Shown here one piece after another: positions 45,598 through 60,000 of a stretch of 64,000 nt of DNA. The translations under genes and the position numbers were made by a program. The notes beneath the pieces are model-generated. The model searched no databases, had not been told where the DNA came from, and saw nothing but the letters and a program-made list of their open reading frames with translations. The DNA comes from Hemiscyllium ocellatum (Eukaryota): positions 14,851,873 through 14,915,872 of the forward strand of contig NC_083409.1 in NCBI RefSeq assembly GCF_020745735.1, given 5' to 3'. Numbering within the stretch: the first letter of the stretch is position 1; every line of letters starts with the position of its first letter.

Positions 45598-47143
45598 CAC
45601 TGGACTCTCCTACAGAGTCCAGTAAACATGGCCTCCTTCCTGCAAGAGCCTCCACTAGAGACCAGTAAACATTGGTCTCCTTCTGACTGGATCCTCCAAG
45701 ACAGATCAATAAATATGGGCCTCCTAATCACTGGAACTTCCAATGGAGATGAGTAGATGGTTGAGTTTTTGAAGAAGTAAGCAAGAAGATAGGTAAAGAT
45801 GGAGTAGTACACTCTGTCTACATGGAGTTAATACAAGGTTCCCTATGGTAGACTGCTCAGTAAGATTATATCACACAGGATCCAGGGAGAGCTCACCAAT
45901 TGGATATAAAATTGGCCTGATGATAGGAGGCAGAGGCTGGTGAGAGAGGGTTGTTCTTCAGACTGGAGGCCAGTGACCAACTGCCTGTCAAAAGAATCGA
46001 TCCTGGATCCACTGTTGTTCATCATTTATATGAGTAATTTGGATGAGAAAATAGCAGGAATGGTCAGTAAGTTTGTGGCTGATGTTAAAATTGTTGGCAT
46101 AGTGGACAGGGAAGAAGGTTATCCAAGAGTGCAATGTCATCTTGATCAACTGGGCCAGTGGGTCAACATATCCAGATGGAAATTTTGATAAATGGAAGGA
46201 GTTGCATTTTGGGAAGACAAACCAGGGCAGGAATTACACAATTAATGGTAGAGCCATGGGGAGTGTTGTTGAACAGAGAGTCTGAGGGGTACAGGTACAT
46301 AGTTCCTTGGAAGTGGGGTCACAGGTAGACAGGGTGGTGAAGAAAGTATTTGGCATGCTCACCTACACTGGTCAAAGCAGTGAGTACAGGAGCTGGGACA
46401 TCATGTTACAGCTGTACAAGGCATTGGGAAGGCCACATTTGGACACAGTACATTTCTGCTCACCCTGCTATAGGAAGGAAGTTATGACAGTGGTTTGAAT
46501 AAAAGAAAGATTAACAGGGATGTTATCAAGATTGGAGGATTTGAATTACAAGATGAGGATGAATAGGCCAAGATGTTTTTCCAAGGAATGCAGGAGACTG
46601 AGGGGTGACCTTATAGAGGTTTATAGAATCATGAGGGTCATAGATAAGGTGAATAATCAAAGTCTTTTCCTCAGGGTAGAAGAGTCCAGTACTAGAAGGA
46701 GTAACTTAAGTTGAGAGGGGAAAAAATTAGTAGGAAACTGAGGGGCAACATTTTCACACAGAGGTTAGTGTGTATGTGTAATGAGCTGCCAGAAGAATTC
46801 GTAGAGGTGAGTACAATTACTACATTTCAAGGACATTTTTACAGGAACATGGATAGGAAGGATTTAGAGAGAATTGGGCCAAACACATGCAAATGGAACT
46901 AGTTCAGTTTTGGATACTTGGTCGGCATGGATGAGTTGAGCTGAACGGCCTGGTCCCATGCTGTAAACCTCTATGACTCTTTAATGATGTATACATGGAC
47001 CACCTCCCAATAGACACCAATAAACATGGACCTCTTTCCACTGGAACCTCCAATAGACACCAATAAACAGGGACCTCCTTCCCACTGGATGCTCCAGAAG
47101 AGACCAGTAAACATGGCCCTCCTTCCCTCAGGACTATCCAGCA
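45598..47143 (+). repeat. Minisatellite (unit about 44 bp) split by a CR1 insertion (about 45760-46985)
   Basis: Units like cactggaacctccaatagacaccaataaacagggacctccttcc at 45598-45750 and 46991-47143, with CR1 RT and tail between. Confidence 0.75.
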
Positions 47144-48299
47144 CCTGAGCTGCAAACCCCACATCCTTTCCATCACGTATGCCTCTTATTTCAATCTCAA
47201 CAACATTGTCTCTGCACTACCTCGCCCCCTTGACCACAGAAACCCTAATTCCTGCTCGTCCTGCTCCCTAACTCTATGATTCTAATGTCCTCTCCTAGCT
47301 TCCTAAAGCCATATTCCATAAACTCCAATTTGTCTGATATGGAGTGGGCCCTTCCCTGTCTTATCCATCTCTCATTCCAGAATGACCCCTGACCTCACTG
47401 CCAGCCAATTGCCACCATGGCCTCCCTCCGTCTGTGTCCTGCTGCAGACTCACATTCCCTCTCTCCCCCTTCCATCTTCTGTCTCTGGTCTCCTGCCCAT
47501 TGCTGCTTGCTCCGTCCCACCATTGACAGCAGAGCCTTCAGACCCCTACAGCATGCTCTCGGACTTCCTGCCCTTGATCCCTCCCCCTCTGAATGGTTGT
47601 GCTATTGAATATACTGTTCAATCCCATCACTTTTGGTTCACTGTTCCTTTGCCATTGATTTGCTGAATTATTCCTCATCAGTAAATCTAGTCTGGCCTGT
47701 TCCCTGAGTTGGTTCAAGAGAGTTTCCCTTGAGAAAACACTCTTCTGTAAACTGGGTTGTCTGTTTCTCCCAGTCTTTGTGTAAAGGTGAGTCTAAGTAT
47801 GTGTAAGCTCTAAAACAGCACAGACAGAGGTCACTGGGTTAATTGCGACTGTTAGTCAAATGAGTCCAATGAGTCCCATTTCCCCAGCCCTTCCTGTATA
47901 ACCCTGCAATTATTTCCTTTTCAGCTATTTCTCCAAATGCCCTTTTGAAAGTTGCTGTTGAATCCACTTCCACTCACCTTGCAGACCGTCATCATGAACT
48001 CGCTGGATAAAAAATGTTCCTATCTTCTCTCTTGTACTTCAGACCCTTTCTGAAATGTGTGCCCTCTGGTTACTGACCCTCCTGCCTGGAGAAACAATTT
48101 GTCCTGTATTTACTGCATCCAGACTCTCTAACTGTGAACCCCTCATTGAGTGAGACCTATTTCCAGCACAGGGGGAGAACATTCAGCCTGTCAGGGAAAT
48201 GCTGTCATTTCATGGAGCAATCCAGTCAGTCCCACCCCCTCCCCTACTCGACCCCCAGGGCCTTGCAGGTTTATTTCCATTAAGAGCCCATCCAATCTG

Positions 48300-48900
48300 C
48301 CATTGCAATCACTGAGTTTCTTCACCTGTCTCACCTGAATGGGCACTAATTTCCAAGACTTTGACAATTGCTGCTAAAATCAAAGTTCTTTCTGACATTC
48401 CATATCTCTTGCCCAACAGAATGTAAGATAATCTCAAAGGGAAGACAGGATTTTGTCTCCACACGGTCTGTGCTGTGGTCACTCTTACTGATACTGTCAT
48501 GGACAGATACACCAGCAGGCAGATTGGTGAAGGTGATAGTGAGTATGTTTTTCCTTCTTGTTGGTTCCCTCACCACCTGCCCCAGGTCCAGTCTCGCAGC
48601 TGAATCAGGTGGAGCGTGACCAGCTTGCTCAGTAGTGATGCTTCTGAGCAGCTTTTGATGGTGGACTTCGAAGTCCCTTACTCAGGGTATATCCTGCATC
48701 ATTCCCATCCTCAGTGCTTCCTCCAAGTGTTGTTCAACATGGAGGAGGACTGACTGCTCAGTTGAGGTTGGAGCGGAGGGCGGTGCTATGTGATAATCAG
48801 CAGGAGGTTTCCTTCCCCATGTTTGACCTGCTGTCATGAGGCTTCATGGATTCCATAGTTAATGGTGAGGACTCTCAGGGCAACTCCCTTCCGACTGTAT
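48300..48900 (-). mobile_element. Non-LTR retrotransposon endonuclease fragment
   Basis: VREPTRRKNILTITFTN...SISKSDH (APE-like). Confidence 0.65.
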
Positions 48901-50029
48901 ACACCACTGTGTTTTTTCCCCTGCTTGGTCTATCCTGCCAGTTATAAACTGAATGAGGGAACAATTCTGTGCAGGTTTCACAGCTTGGAGACAGAGCAGC
49001 TGCTGGATTCTGTTTCTGATCTCCGAGTGCAGGCGTGTGTGTTTGTGAGAGAATGACTGACACCTTTTCCAAAACTGTGCTGTTTCTGCAAAAAATAAAT
49101 CCTAGAACCAGCCTCCTGTGCTGTCAGATTCCAGGGAGTGCAGATGGTTCACAGTTTTCTCCTGTCTCAGTAACAAACACCCAGCTGCTCTGAGCTCCTT
49201 CTTTCTCTTCCTCTTTTGGTGAAGTTTCAACCTTGCGATCTGACAGCCTTTGCAGTTATTTTTTACACTGGGGCTTTCTGCTGTGGTCAGAATCTCTAAT
49301 AATAAGTGTCTAATCAGTGACAATCACAGCAGCTAAGAGCAGTCAGGACTGAGGTGCCAGGCTCACTGTGAAACATATTGGGAAGATCAAAGCCATCCTC
49401 TTCAGATTCTGGTATAAACTCCATCCCTCTCCCTGAGCACTGTCTGCTGCTCAACCAGACTCTTTACAAACTGGGTCTCATGTTTGAGAATGATCTAAGC
49501 CCCATATCTTCCATATCACAAAGATCAGCCACTGAAAATCTCAGCCAGGTTTATGGGGCTCCAAACATGACCATTCCAATGGCTGATGCACATCACAGCC
49601 ACTGCCCTCCGTATCCTTCAGCTCATCCAAAATTATGCAGCCCGTATCCAAACTTGCACCAAGTCCCGTTCCCACAACCCCCTGCACCTCGTGCCTATAT
49701 TGGCTCCTGGTCAAGCAACACCTCGATTTTCAAATTCTCATCGTTGTTCTCAAATCCCTCTCTGCCCTCCACTCTCCCTATCTCTGTAACCTCCTCCAAG
49801 CTGCCTCACTCCGTGTGGTCAGCAATCTTGGATAATTGGCTCTCTATTCCTTCATCCAAGTCATTGAGAAATATCGTGAAATACTGAGGCCCCTGCACAA
49901 ATCCCTGGGGACACCACTATTCACATCTTGTTTATTGGAGAGCATTATCCCTCTTCTCTGTCTCCTACCTCCAAACTAATTCCTAACCAAAGACAAATAC
50001 TTTTCTATCACTGTCTTGATGATAGGAAG

Positions 50030-50880
50030 CAGAGGTAATATTGGAAGGATGCTTGTCAGACTGGAGGCCTGTGTTGAGTGGAGTGCCTCAGGGCTCAGTG
50101 CTGGCCCCATTACTGTTTGTTATCAATATTAATGATTTGGATGAGAAACTGTAAGGCATGATTAGTAAGTTTGATGTGCAGGTCAGGTGAATTGGCCATG
50201 TTAAATTGGCCATAGTCTAAGGTACATTAGTCAGTGGGAAATGGGTCTAGGTGGGTTACTCTTCAGAGGATTGGTGTGGATTGGTTGGACCGAAGACCTG
50301 TTTCCACACTGGAGGGAATCTAATCTCTAATCTTGTACAGGATGTCAGTGAGGTCGCACTTGGAATATTGTATTCAGTTTGGTCACCTTGTTATAGGAAG
50401 GATATTACTAAACCAGAAAGAGCACAGAAGAAATTTACAAGGATGTTGCCTGGACTCAACATATAGGGAGAAGTTAGGCAAGTTAGGACTTTTTTCTTAG
50501 AGTGTAAGAGACTGGTTGGGAAACCTTTAGAAGTGTATAAGATCATGAGAGACATGGATAGGTTTGGAGAATCGAGGATGAGAGGGCATCAGTTTAGTGT
50601 TAGAGAGAAATGAATAAAAGGGAACCTGAGGGGCAACATTTTTACACAGAGGGTGGCACGCATGTGGAATGAGATGCCAGCTGAAGTGATTGAGGTGGAT
50701 ACATTAACAATATTTAAAAGACATTTGAACAAATACATAGATAGGAAAACATTTGAAGGATATGGGCCAAGTGCAGGGAAATGGGGTTAGCATGGATGGA
50801 AATTTTGGTCAGCACGGTCCATTTTGGGCCAAAGGGCCTGTGTCTGTGCTGTAGGACTCGATGGCTCTAAGACTCTATAA
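50030..50880 (+). mobile_element. CR1 3' fragment with nested HE1 3' half (50173-50331)
   Basis: gagtgcctcagggctcagtgctggcccc RT motif; HE1 tail ctaatctctaatc. Confidence 0.8.
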
Positions 50881-50919
50881 TTCCATATGTTTCCATGTTT
50901 ATGAACAGTCTCTCAAACA

Positions 50920-53900
50920 TAGAAACAAAGGAACTAGGAGCAAGAGGAAGCCATTCAGCCCTTCGAGTTGGCTCTGCCATTCAATATGACTACGGCTGAT
51001 CATCCAACTTAGTCCCCTGCTCCCATTTTTTCTCCATAAAATTTATCCCCTTTAGTCCTAAGAAAATACTTATCCTCTCTTGAAAATATTGAATGTTTTG
51101 GTCTCAACTGCTTTCTGTGATAGAACATTCCACGAGCTTCCCAGTCTCTGGCTAAAGAAATGTCTCCTCAGCTCAGTCTGAAATAACCTTTCCCTTTTCT
51201 TTAAACCATAATTCGTAGTTCTGGATTCCCCAGTCATCAGGAACATCCTCCCTGTGTTGTTCTAGTCTTGTCCTGTTCGGATTTTCAAGGTTACAATATG
51301 ATTCCTTTCAATCTTCTAAGTGCCAATGAATATAATCCTAACTGATCCAGTTTCTCATCAGATCTAAGTGCTGTCTTCCCAGGAATCAGTCTGGTAAACC
51401 TTCACTGCCCTCCCCCCACAGCCAGAACATCCTTCCTCAGTTAAGGAGCCTGAAACTACCCACGACAGAATCAGAAAATCACACAGTACAGAGGAGGCCC
51501 TTCAGTTCATTAACTGTGTACCAGCCACACTACACTAAACCTATACCAGTCCCACTTTCCAACATGAGGCCCACAGCTTGAATGTTATGACATTTCAACT
51601 GCTCACCCAAGTACATTTTAAACTTTGTGAGGTTTCCCACCTCAACTCCCCTCTCAGGCTGTGCATTCCAGATGCACACCAACCTCTGGATGAAAAACAT
51701 TTTCCTTAAAACATCTTGAAGCCTCCTAGCTTTCACATTGAATGTGAGTCAACTTGTTATTGACCCTCCCAAGAAGGAGAACAGCTGCTTTCTCACCTCC
51801 CTGCCAATTCCCCTCATAACCTTATACACCTCTATCAGGTCCCCCCTCCACCTTCTCTGCTCTGAAGAAAACAACCCGAGCTGATCCAATTTCTCTTCAT
51901 CACTGCGAGGTTCCATCCCACACAACATCCTGGTGATTCCCCTCTGCACCCCAACCAGTGCAATCACATCCTTCCTACAGTGTGGTGACCTGAACTGCAC
52001 ACAGTACTCCAGCTGTGGCCTAACCAATGTTCTGCTTAACTGCACCATATCCTCCTGCTTTTATAACCAATACCTGACATGACAAAGCCAAGTGTCCCCT
52101 ATGCCTTCATAACTGCTCTGTTAACCTGTCTTGCCATATTCAGGGATCAGTGGAGAAGCACCCAAGATCACTCTGTTCCTTTGAGCTTCCTCAGTTCAAA
52201 GAACAAAGAGCAACGAAAATTACAGCACAAGAACTGGCCCTTCGGCCCTACTCGCCTGCACTGGTCCATATCCTCCATCTAAACCTGTCATCAATTTTCC
52301 AAGGGTCTGTCTCCCTTTGCTCCCTGCCCATCCATGTATCTATCTAGATATATCTTAAACGATGCTATTGTACCTGCCTCTACCACCTCCACTGGCAACA
52401 TGCTCCAGGATCAATCACTTTCTGTGTGAAGAACTTTCCATACATATCTCCCTTAAATATTTCCACTCTCACCTTGAACTCATGACCCCCGAGTAATTGA
52501 GTCCCCCACTCTGGGAAAAAGCTTCTTGCTATCCACCCTGTCTATATCTCTCATGATTTTGTAGACCCCAATCAGGTCCCCCCTCAACATTTGACTTTCT
52601 AATGAAAATAATCCTAATCTACTAAGTCTCTCTTCATAGCTCGTGCCCTCCACACCAGGCAATCCTGGTGAACCTCCTCTACACCCTCTCCAAAGCATCC
52701 ACATCTTTCTGGTAATGTGGCAACCAGAACTGTACGCAGTATTCCAAATGTGGCCAAGCCAAAGTCTGATATAATTCTAATATGACCTTCCAACTCTTGT
52801 ACTGAATACCACGTCTGGTGAAGGAAGATGTGCCATATGCCTTCTTGACCACTCTGTCGACCTGTGTTGTCACCTCCAGGGTACAATGGACCTGAACACC
52901 CAGGTCGCTCTGGGCATCAATTTTCCCAGGGTGTTCCATTCACCGTACAGTTTACTCCAGATTTGGATCTTCCAAAATTCATCAGATCGCATTTGCCTGG
53001 TTTGAACTCCATCCATCCGTTTCTCTGCCCAACTGTCCAATCTGTCTATATTCTGCTACATTCTCTGACAGTCCACTTCACTATCTGCTACTCCACCAAT
53101 ATTAGTGTCATCTGCAAACTTGCTAATCAGACCACCTATACCTTCCTCCAGATCATTTATGGAGATCAAAAACAAGAGCGGTACCAGCACGGATTCCTGT
53201 TCTCCATTTTGAGAAAGTACTCCCACCACTACTGTCTGTCTTCTGTTGCCCAACCTGTTCTCTACCCATCTAGTGAGTACACTCTGGACCCCATGCGACT
53301 TAAATTTCTTTATCAGGCTAGCATGGGGAACTTTATCAAACACCTTACTGAAGTCCATGCGTATGACATCCACAGCCCATCCCTCCTCAATCAACTTCAT
53401 CAGTTCTTCAAAAAAATCTATAAAGTTGGTAAGACATGACATTCCCTGCACAACTTCATGCTGCCTATAACTGATAAGTCAATTTTCTTCCAAAAGTAAA
53501 TAGATCTTATCCCTCAGTATCTTCTCCAGCAGCTTCCCTACCACTACATCAGGCTCACTGGTTGATAGTTACCTGGATTATCCTGGCTACCCTTCTTAAA
53601 CATTAGTAATTCTCCAGTCCTCTGGGACCCTCATCCATGTTCAGGGTTGCTACAAAGATATCGATTAAGGCCCCAGCTATTTCCTCTCTTGCTTCCCTCA
53701 GTAAGCTGGGATCGATCCCATCCTGACCTGGGGACTTGTTCACCTTGATGCCTTTTAAAATACCCAACACTTCCTCCCTACTTAAATCGACTTGACCTTG
53801 AGTAATCAAACACCTATCCCCAACTTCAACATCTGTCATTTCCCTCTCCTTGGTGAATACCGACGTAAAGCACTCATTAAGAATCTCATCCATTTTCTGA

Positions 53901-55640
53901 CTCCACACATAACTTTCCTCCTTTATCCTTGAGTGGGCCAACCCTTTCTCGAGTCATCCTCTTGCTCCTTATGTATGAATAAAAGGATTTGGGATTTTCC
54001 TTAATGATATTTTGTGACCCCTTTAGCCCTTTTAATTCCTCACTTCAGATTGGTCCTACTTTCACGATATTCTTCCAAAGCTTTGTCTGTTTTCAGCCAC
54101 TTAGACCTTATGTATGCATCCTTTTTCCTCTTAGCTAGTCTCACAATTTCATCTGTCATCCAGCGTTTCCTAATCATGCCATTTCAATCCTTTATTTTCA
54201 CAGGGACATGTCTGTCCTGACTCTAGTCAACCTCTCTTTAAAAGCCACCCACATATCAAATGTGGATTTCCCTTTAAACAGCTGCTCCCAATCCACATTC
54301 CCCAGCTCCTTCCAAATTTTGGGATAGTTGGCCTTCCTCCACTTTAGCCCTCTTCCTTTAGGACCACTCTCATCTTTATCCATGAGCATTCTAAAACGTA
54401 TGGAATTGTGATCATTCTTCCAAAGTAATCCCCGACTGAAATTTCAATCACCTGGCCAGGCTCATTCCCCAACACCAGCCCAGTATGGCCCCTTCCTAAG
54501 TTAGATTACTTCCACATTACTCTGTGAAATCCTCCTGGATGCTTCTTACAAATTCTGCTCCATCTTAACTTCTAACATGAAGTGAATCCCAGTCAATGTT
54601 GGGAAAATTAAAATCTTCCATCACCACCACCTTGTTACTCCTACATCTTTCCATAATCTGTTTACATATTTGTACCTCTATCTCACGTTCACTGTTAGGA
54701 GACTTGTAGGATAGCACCAACATTGTTACTGCATCCTTCCTGTTTCTGACCTCTGCCCATATTGCCCTACTGCTTGAGTCCTCCATAGTGCCCTCCTTCA
54801 CCACACCTGTGATATTCTCTCTGACCAGTAATGCAACTCCTCCATCCCTTTTACTTCCCTCTCGAACGCATCTGATACATCTGTATCCTGGGATATTTAG
54901 TTGCCAATCTTGCCATTCCCTCAACCACGTCTCAGTAATAGCAATAACATCATACTCCCAGATACTAGTCCAAGCCCTAAATTCCTCTGCCTTACCTACT
55001 ACGCTTCTCACATTAAAACAAATGCATCTCAGACCATCTGTCCCTTTGCGTTCATCATCTGCTCCCTACCTACTCTTAACCTTAGTCACACTGACTTCAA
55101 TATCTCGTTCCTGACAGGCTTTAGTTACTCCCTCCTTATTGCCCACTAACCTCCTCATTTGGTTCCCATCCCTCTGCTACACTATTTTGAACCCTCCCCA
55201 AGAGCGTGATCAAACATATCCCACAGGACACTGGTTCCAGTCCTGCCCAGGTGTAGACCGCTCAATTTGTAATTGTCCCACCTCCCCAGGAACCAGTCCC
55301 AATGTCCCAAAAATCTGAACCCTCCCTCCTGCACCATCTCTCAAGCCACGCATTCACCCTGCCTATATTTTCATTTCGACTCTGACTAGCACATGGCACT
55401 GGGAGCAATCCTGAGATTACTACCTCTGAGATCCTACATTTTAATCTGGTTCCTCACTCCATAAATTCTGCTTGTAGGACCCCATTCCATTTATTACGAT
55501 ATCATCAGTCCCTTCATGCACTATCACAGCTAGCTGTTCACCCACCCCTTCAGAATGTCCTGCAGCCGATCTGAGACATCCCTGAGCTGTACAACTGGGA
55601 GGCAACATGCTATTCGTGAGTCTTGTTTTTGACCACAGAA
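50920..55640 (-). mobile_element. Tandem minus-strand CR1 LINEs, including a long ORF2 plus ORF1 remnant (about 52200-55640)
   Basis: MSCLTNFIDFFEE...DFSKVFDKVPH...SKFADDT; YDVIAITETW...VMEDFNFPNIDW. Confidence 0.85.
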
Positions 55641-56490
55641 CCGCCGATCTATTCCCCTTACACAGTCCAAACAAACCATATCCATGGGCCCCCACCTTAT
55701 CAAATCTACTCACTACATCCTCAAACAATTCCAGTCGATTTTTTAAGCATGATTTCCCTTTCGACAATTCATGCCGACTCTGTCCAGTTCTGCCACTGTT
55801 TTCAAAGTGCTAAGCTATAAAATATTTTATAATGAACTTAAGCATTTTCTCCACTGCTGACTTCTGGCTAATTGGTCTAAAATTTCTTATTTTCCCTCTC
55901 TCTCTCTCTCTCTCTTTCAATAGGCGTGTTAAATTAACTCCCTCCATTTTGTAGGACCTATTCCACAGTCGACAAACAGATAACCATCAATATTTCTCGT
56001 ATTTTACAACCACTTCCTGAAGCACTCCTGAAAATAGATTATTTGGCCCTCCTGATTTAAGACATTCTAATTTACCCAGAACCATTTTTCTCCAACAACT
56101 GACTTCCCTCAGCTCCTTCCTCTGATAAAACCCCAAGTTCACCAACGTGTCTGAGATTTATTTGAGAATTCATTTGTGCAGAAAGATCCAGAATATGTTT
56201 ATCTGTCATCTCTTTGTTCCAACGATAACATTATAACACTTGTGCAGAACTTCCTTGAATGTCATCTGGACGTCCATATAAACAACACATTCCCTTATCT
56301 CACACATTAGTGACCTCGTTAAAACATGTAACCAGGTTAGTTAAAGATGTCTGACCCTTTTTAATCCATGCTGACTTACTCTGATCTGTTCACATTTGTC
56401 AGACATTCTGTCTCTAAACAGATTTAATTACTTCCCAACAATAGACGTTCAACAGAGATAAAAACAATGTCTGCAGATGCAGGAAACCAG

Positions 56491-57001
56491 ATTCTGGATG
56501 AGTGGTGCTGGAAGAGCACAGCAGTTCAGGTGGCATCCGAGGAGCAGCGAAATCGACGTTTCGGGCTAAAGCCCTTCATCAGGAATAAAGGCAGTGAGCC
56601 TGAAGTGTGGAGAGATAAGCTAGAGGAGGGTGGGGGTGGGGAGAAAGTAGCATAGAATACAAGCAAATGTGGCTGTGGGAGCGAGTTTGTTTCATGACAT
56701 GGTTGAAGAGCTTCTCTCTACAATAATCTCAGGGAGTCCCTCTCCCACTGCAACTCCCAGGTCATTTCCTCTGCCCTGAAGCTCTTCAAACATTTCATGA
56801 AACAAACTCGCTACCACAGACACATTTGCTTGTACTCTATGCTACTTTCTCCCCACCCCCACCCTCCTCTAGCTTATCCCTCCACGCTTCAGGCTCACTG
56901 CCTTTATTCCTGATGAAGGGCTTATGCCCGAAACATCGATTTCGCTGCTCCTCGGATGCTGGCTGAATGGCTGTGCTCTTCCAGCACCACTCATCCAGAA
57001 T
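56491..57001. mobile_element. Large Penelope fold-back: arms about 224 bp, 63-nt spacer, two hammerhead motifs
   Basis: Arms 56491-56714 and 56778-57001. Minus hammerhead 56551-56586 intact (CTGATGA-A-GGGC-TTTA-GCCC-GAAAC-GTC). Plus copy 56906-56941 has ATC. Confidence 0.85.
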
Positions 57002-57074
57002 TCAGTGGAGATGTTCATTGTGAGTGAGGTTAGTAAACAGCTAGTACTGACACAAGGGGCTGAACAGCCTCCTT

Positions 57075-60000
57075 CTAGAGTCATAGAGATGTACAGCATG
57101 GAAACAGACCCTAAGGTCCAACTTGTCCATGCCAACCAGACATCCCAACCCAATCTAGTCCCACCTGCCAACACCTGGCCCAGTTCCCTCCAAACCCTTC
57201 CTATTCATATACCCATTCAGATGCCTTTTAAATGTTGTAATTGTACCAGCCTCTACCACGTCCTCTGGCAGCCCCATTCTGCACTTGCACCACTCTGTGC
57301 GTGAAAAAGTTGCTTCTCAAGTCTCTTTTATATCTTTCCCCTCTTACCCTAAACCCATGCCCTCTATTACTGGACTCCACCAGCTCAGGGAAAAGACTTG
57401 GTCTCTTTGCCCAATCCATGTCCCTCATGATTTTGTAAACCTCTGTAAGGTCACCCCTCAGCAGGGACCTCTGTAAGGTCACACCTCACTCAAGGGAAAA
57501 CATTCCTAGTCTATTTAACTTCTCCGTATAGCTTAAATCCTCCAACCCTAGTAACATCCTTGTAAATCTTTTCTGAACCCTTTCTAGTTTCACAACATCT
57601 TTCTGATAGGAAGGAGATCAGAATTGAACACAATACTCCAAAAGTGGTTTAGGTGACCTCCCAACACCCATACTCAATTCTCTAATCAATAAAGTAAAGC
57701 ATACCAAATGTCGTCTTCATTATCCTACCTACCTACGACTCTACATTCAAAGAGCTATGAACCTGCACTCCAAGGTCTCTTTGTTCAGCAACACTCCCGA
57801 GAACCTGACCATTAAGTGTATAAGTCCTGCTAAGATTTGCTTTCCTAACTGCAGCACCTTGCATTTATCTGAATTAAACTCCACCTGCCATTCCTCAGCC
57901 CATTGGCCCATCAGATCAAGATCCTGGTGTAATCTGAGGTAACTTTCTTCGCTGTCCACTACACCTCCAATTTTGGTGTCATTTGCAAACTTACTAACTC
58001 TACCTCCTATGTTCACATCCAAATCATTTATGTAAATGACAACAAGTAGTTGCCCCAGCACCAATCCTTATGACACTCCACTGGTCAGAGACGTCCCGTC
58101 TGAAAAACAACCCTCCACCATCACCCACTGTCTTCTACCTTTGAGCCAGTTCTGTATCCAAATGGCTAGTTCTAACTGTATTCCATGAGATCTAACCTTG
58201 CTAACCAATCTTCCATGGGGAACCTTGTTGAATGTCTTACTGAAGTCCGTACAGATCCAGTCTAATGTTCTGCCCTCATCAATTCTTTCTGTTACTTCTT
58301 CAAAAAACTCAATCAAGTTTGTGAGACATGATTTCCCATGCACAGAACCATGCTGACTATCCCTAATCAGTCTTTGCCTTTCCAAATTTATGGACAATCT
58401 GTCCCTCAGGATTCCTTCCAATAACTTCCTCACAATTGACGTCTGGCTCACTGGTCTACAGTTCCCTGGCTTGTCTTTACCACCTTTCTTAAGTAGTGGC
58501 ACCAATTAGTGAACCTCCAGTCTTCTGGCACATCATTTGTGACTATTGAGGATACAAATATCACAGTAAGAGGCCCAGCAATCACTTCCCTAGCTTCCGA
58601 CAGAGTCCTAGGGTATACCTAATTAGGTCTTGGGGATTTATCCACATTTATGCATTTCAAAGACATCTGGCACCTCCTCATCTGTAATATGAACATTTTT
58701 CAAGATATCACCATCTATTTCCCTGCATTCTATATCTTCAATATCCTTCTCCACAGTTAAAGTGAAGCAAAATACTCATTTGGTATCTGCCCCATCTCCT
58801 GCTGCTCCACACAAAGGTCGCCTTGCTGATCTTTGAGGGGCCCTATTCTCTCCTTAGTTACCCTCTTGTCCTTAATGTATTCATAAAACCCCTCTGTATT
58901 CTCCTTAACCCTATTTGCCAAAGCTATCTCATGTTGTTGCCCTCCTGATTTCCATCTTAAGTGTACTCCTACTGCCTTTGTATCCATCTAAGGATTCACT
59001 CAATCTATCCTGTCTATACCTGGCATATGCTTCATCCTTTTTCTCAACCAAACCCTCAACTTCTCTCATCATCCAATATCCCCTACACCTACCAGCCTTT
59101 CCTTTCACCGTAACTAGAATATACTATCTCTGGGCTCAATTTATCTCATTTCTGAAGGCTTCCTATTTTCCAGCTGTCCCATGACCTGCGAGCAACTGCC
59201 CCCAATCAGCTTTTCAGAGTTCTTGCCTAATACTGGCAAAATTAGCCTTCCTCCAATTTAGAACTCCAACTTCTGGATCTGGTCTATCCTTTTCCTTCAC
59301 TATTTTAAAATGAATAGAATTATGGTCGCTGACCAAAAGTGCTCCTCCACTGACACCTCAGTCACCTGCCCTGCATTATTTCCAAGGTTGAGCTTTGCAC
59401 CGTCTCTAGTAGGTACATCCACATTCTGAATCAGAAAATTGTATTGTACGCACTTAACAAATTCCTCTACATCTAAACCCTTCACACTATAGCAGTCACA
59501 GTCTATGTTTGGAAAGTTAAAATCCCCTCCTATAACCACCCCATTATTCTTACTGATAACTGAAATCTCCTTACAAATTTGTTTGTCAATTTCCCGCTGA
59601 CTACTGGAGGGGAGCTATATTATAATCCCAACAAGGTGATCATCCCCTTTTTTCTCAGTTCCATCCGAATAACTTCCCTGGATGTATTTCTGGGAATATC
59701 CTCCCTAAGTACAGCTGTAATGCTATCCCTTATCAAAAATGCCACTCTCCCTCCTCTTGTGCCTCCCTTTCTGTCCTTCCTGTAGCATTTGTATCCTAGA
59801 ACATTAAACAGCCAGTCCTGCCCATCCCTGAACCATGTTTCTGTAATTGCTATGATATCCCAGTCCCATGATCCTAACCACGCCCCATGTTCATCTTCCT
59901 TCCCTGTTGGGCCTCTTGCACTGAAATAAATGCAGTTTAATTTATCAGTCTTACCTTGTTCTCTGCTTTGTCCCCGCCTGCCCTGACTGATTGACTTGCC

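Noticed and set aside
49365-49371. Further isolated RSS heptamers (also at about 45109 and in SINEs)
   Set aside because: No nonamer at 12 or 23 nt and no adjacent V or J coding sequence.
57438-57490. 22-bp direct duplication acctctgtaaggtcac(c/a)cctca
   Set aside because: Ordinary local slippage within a CR1 3' region.
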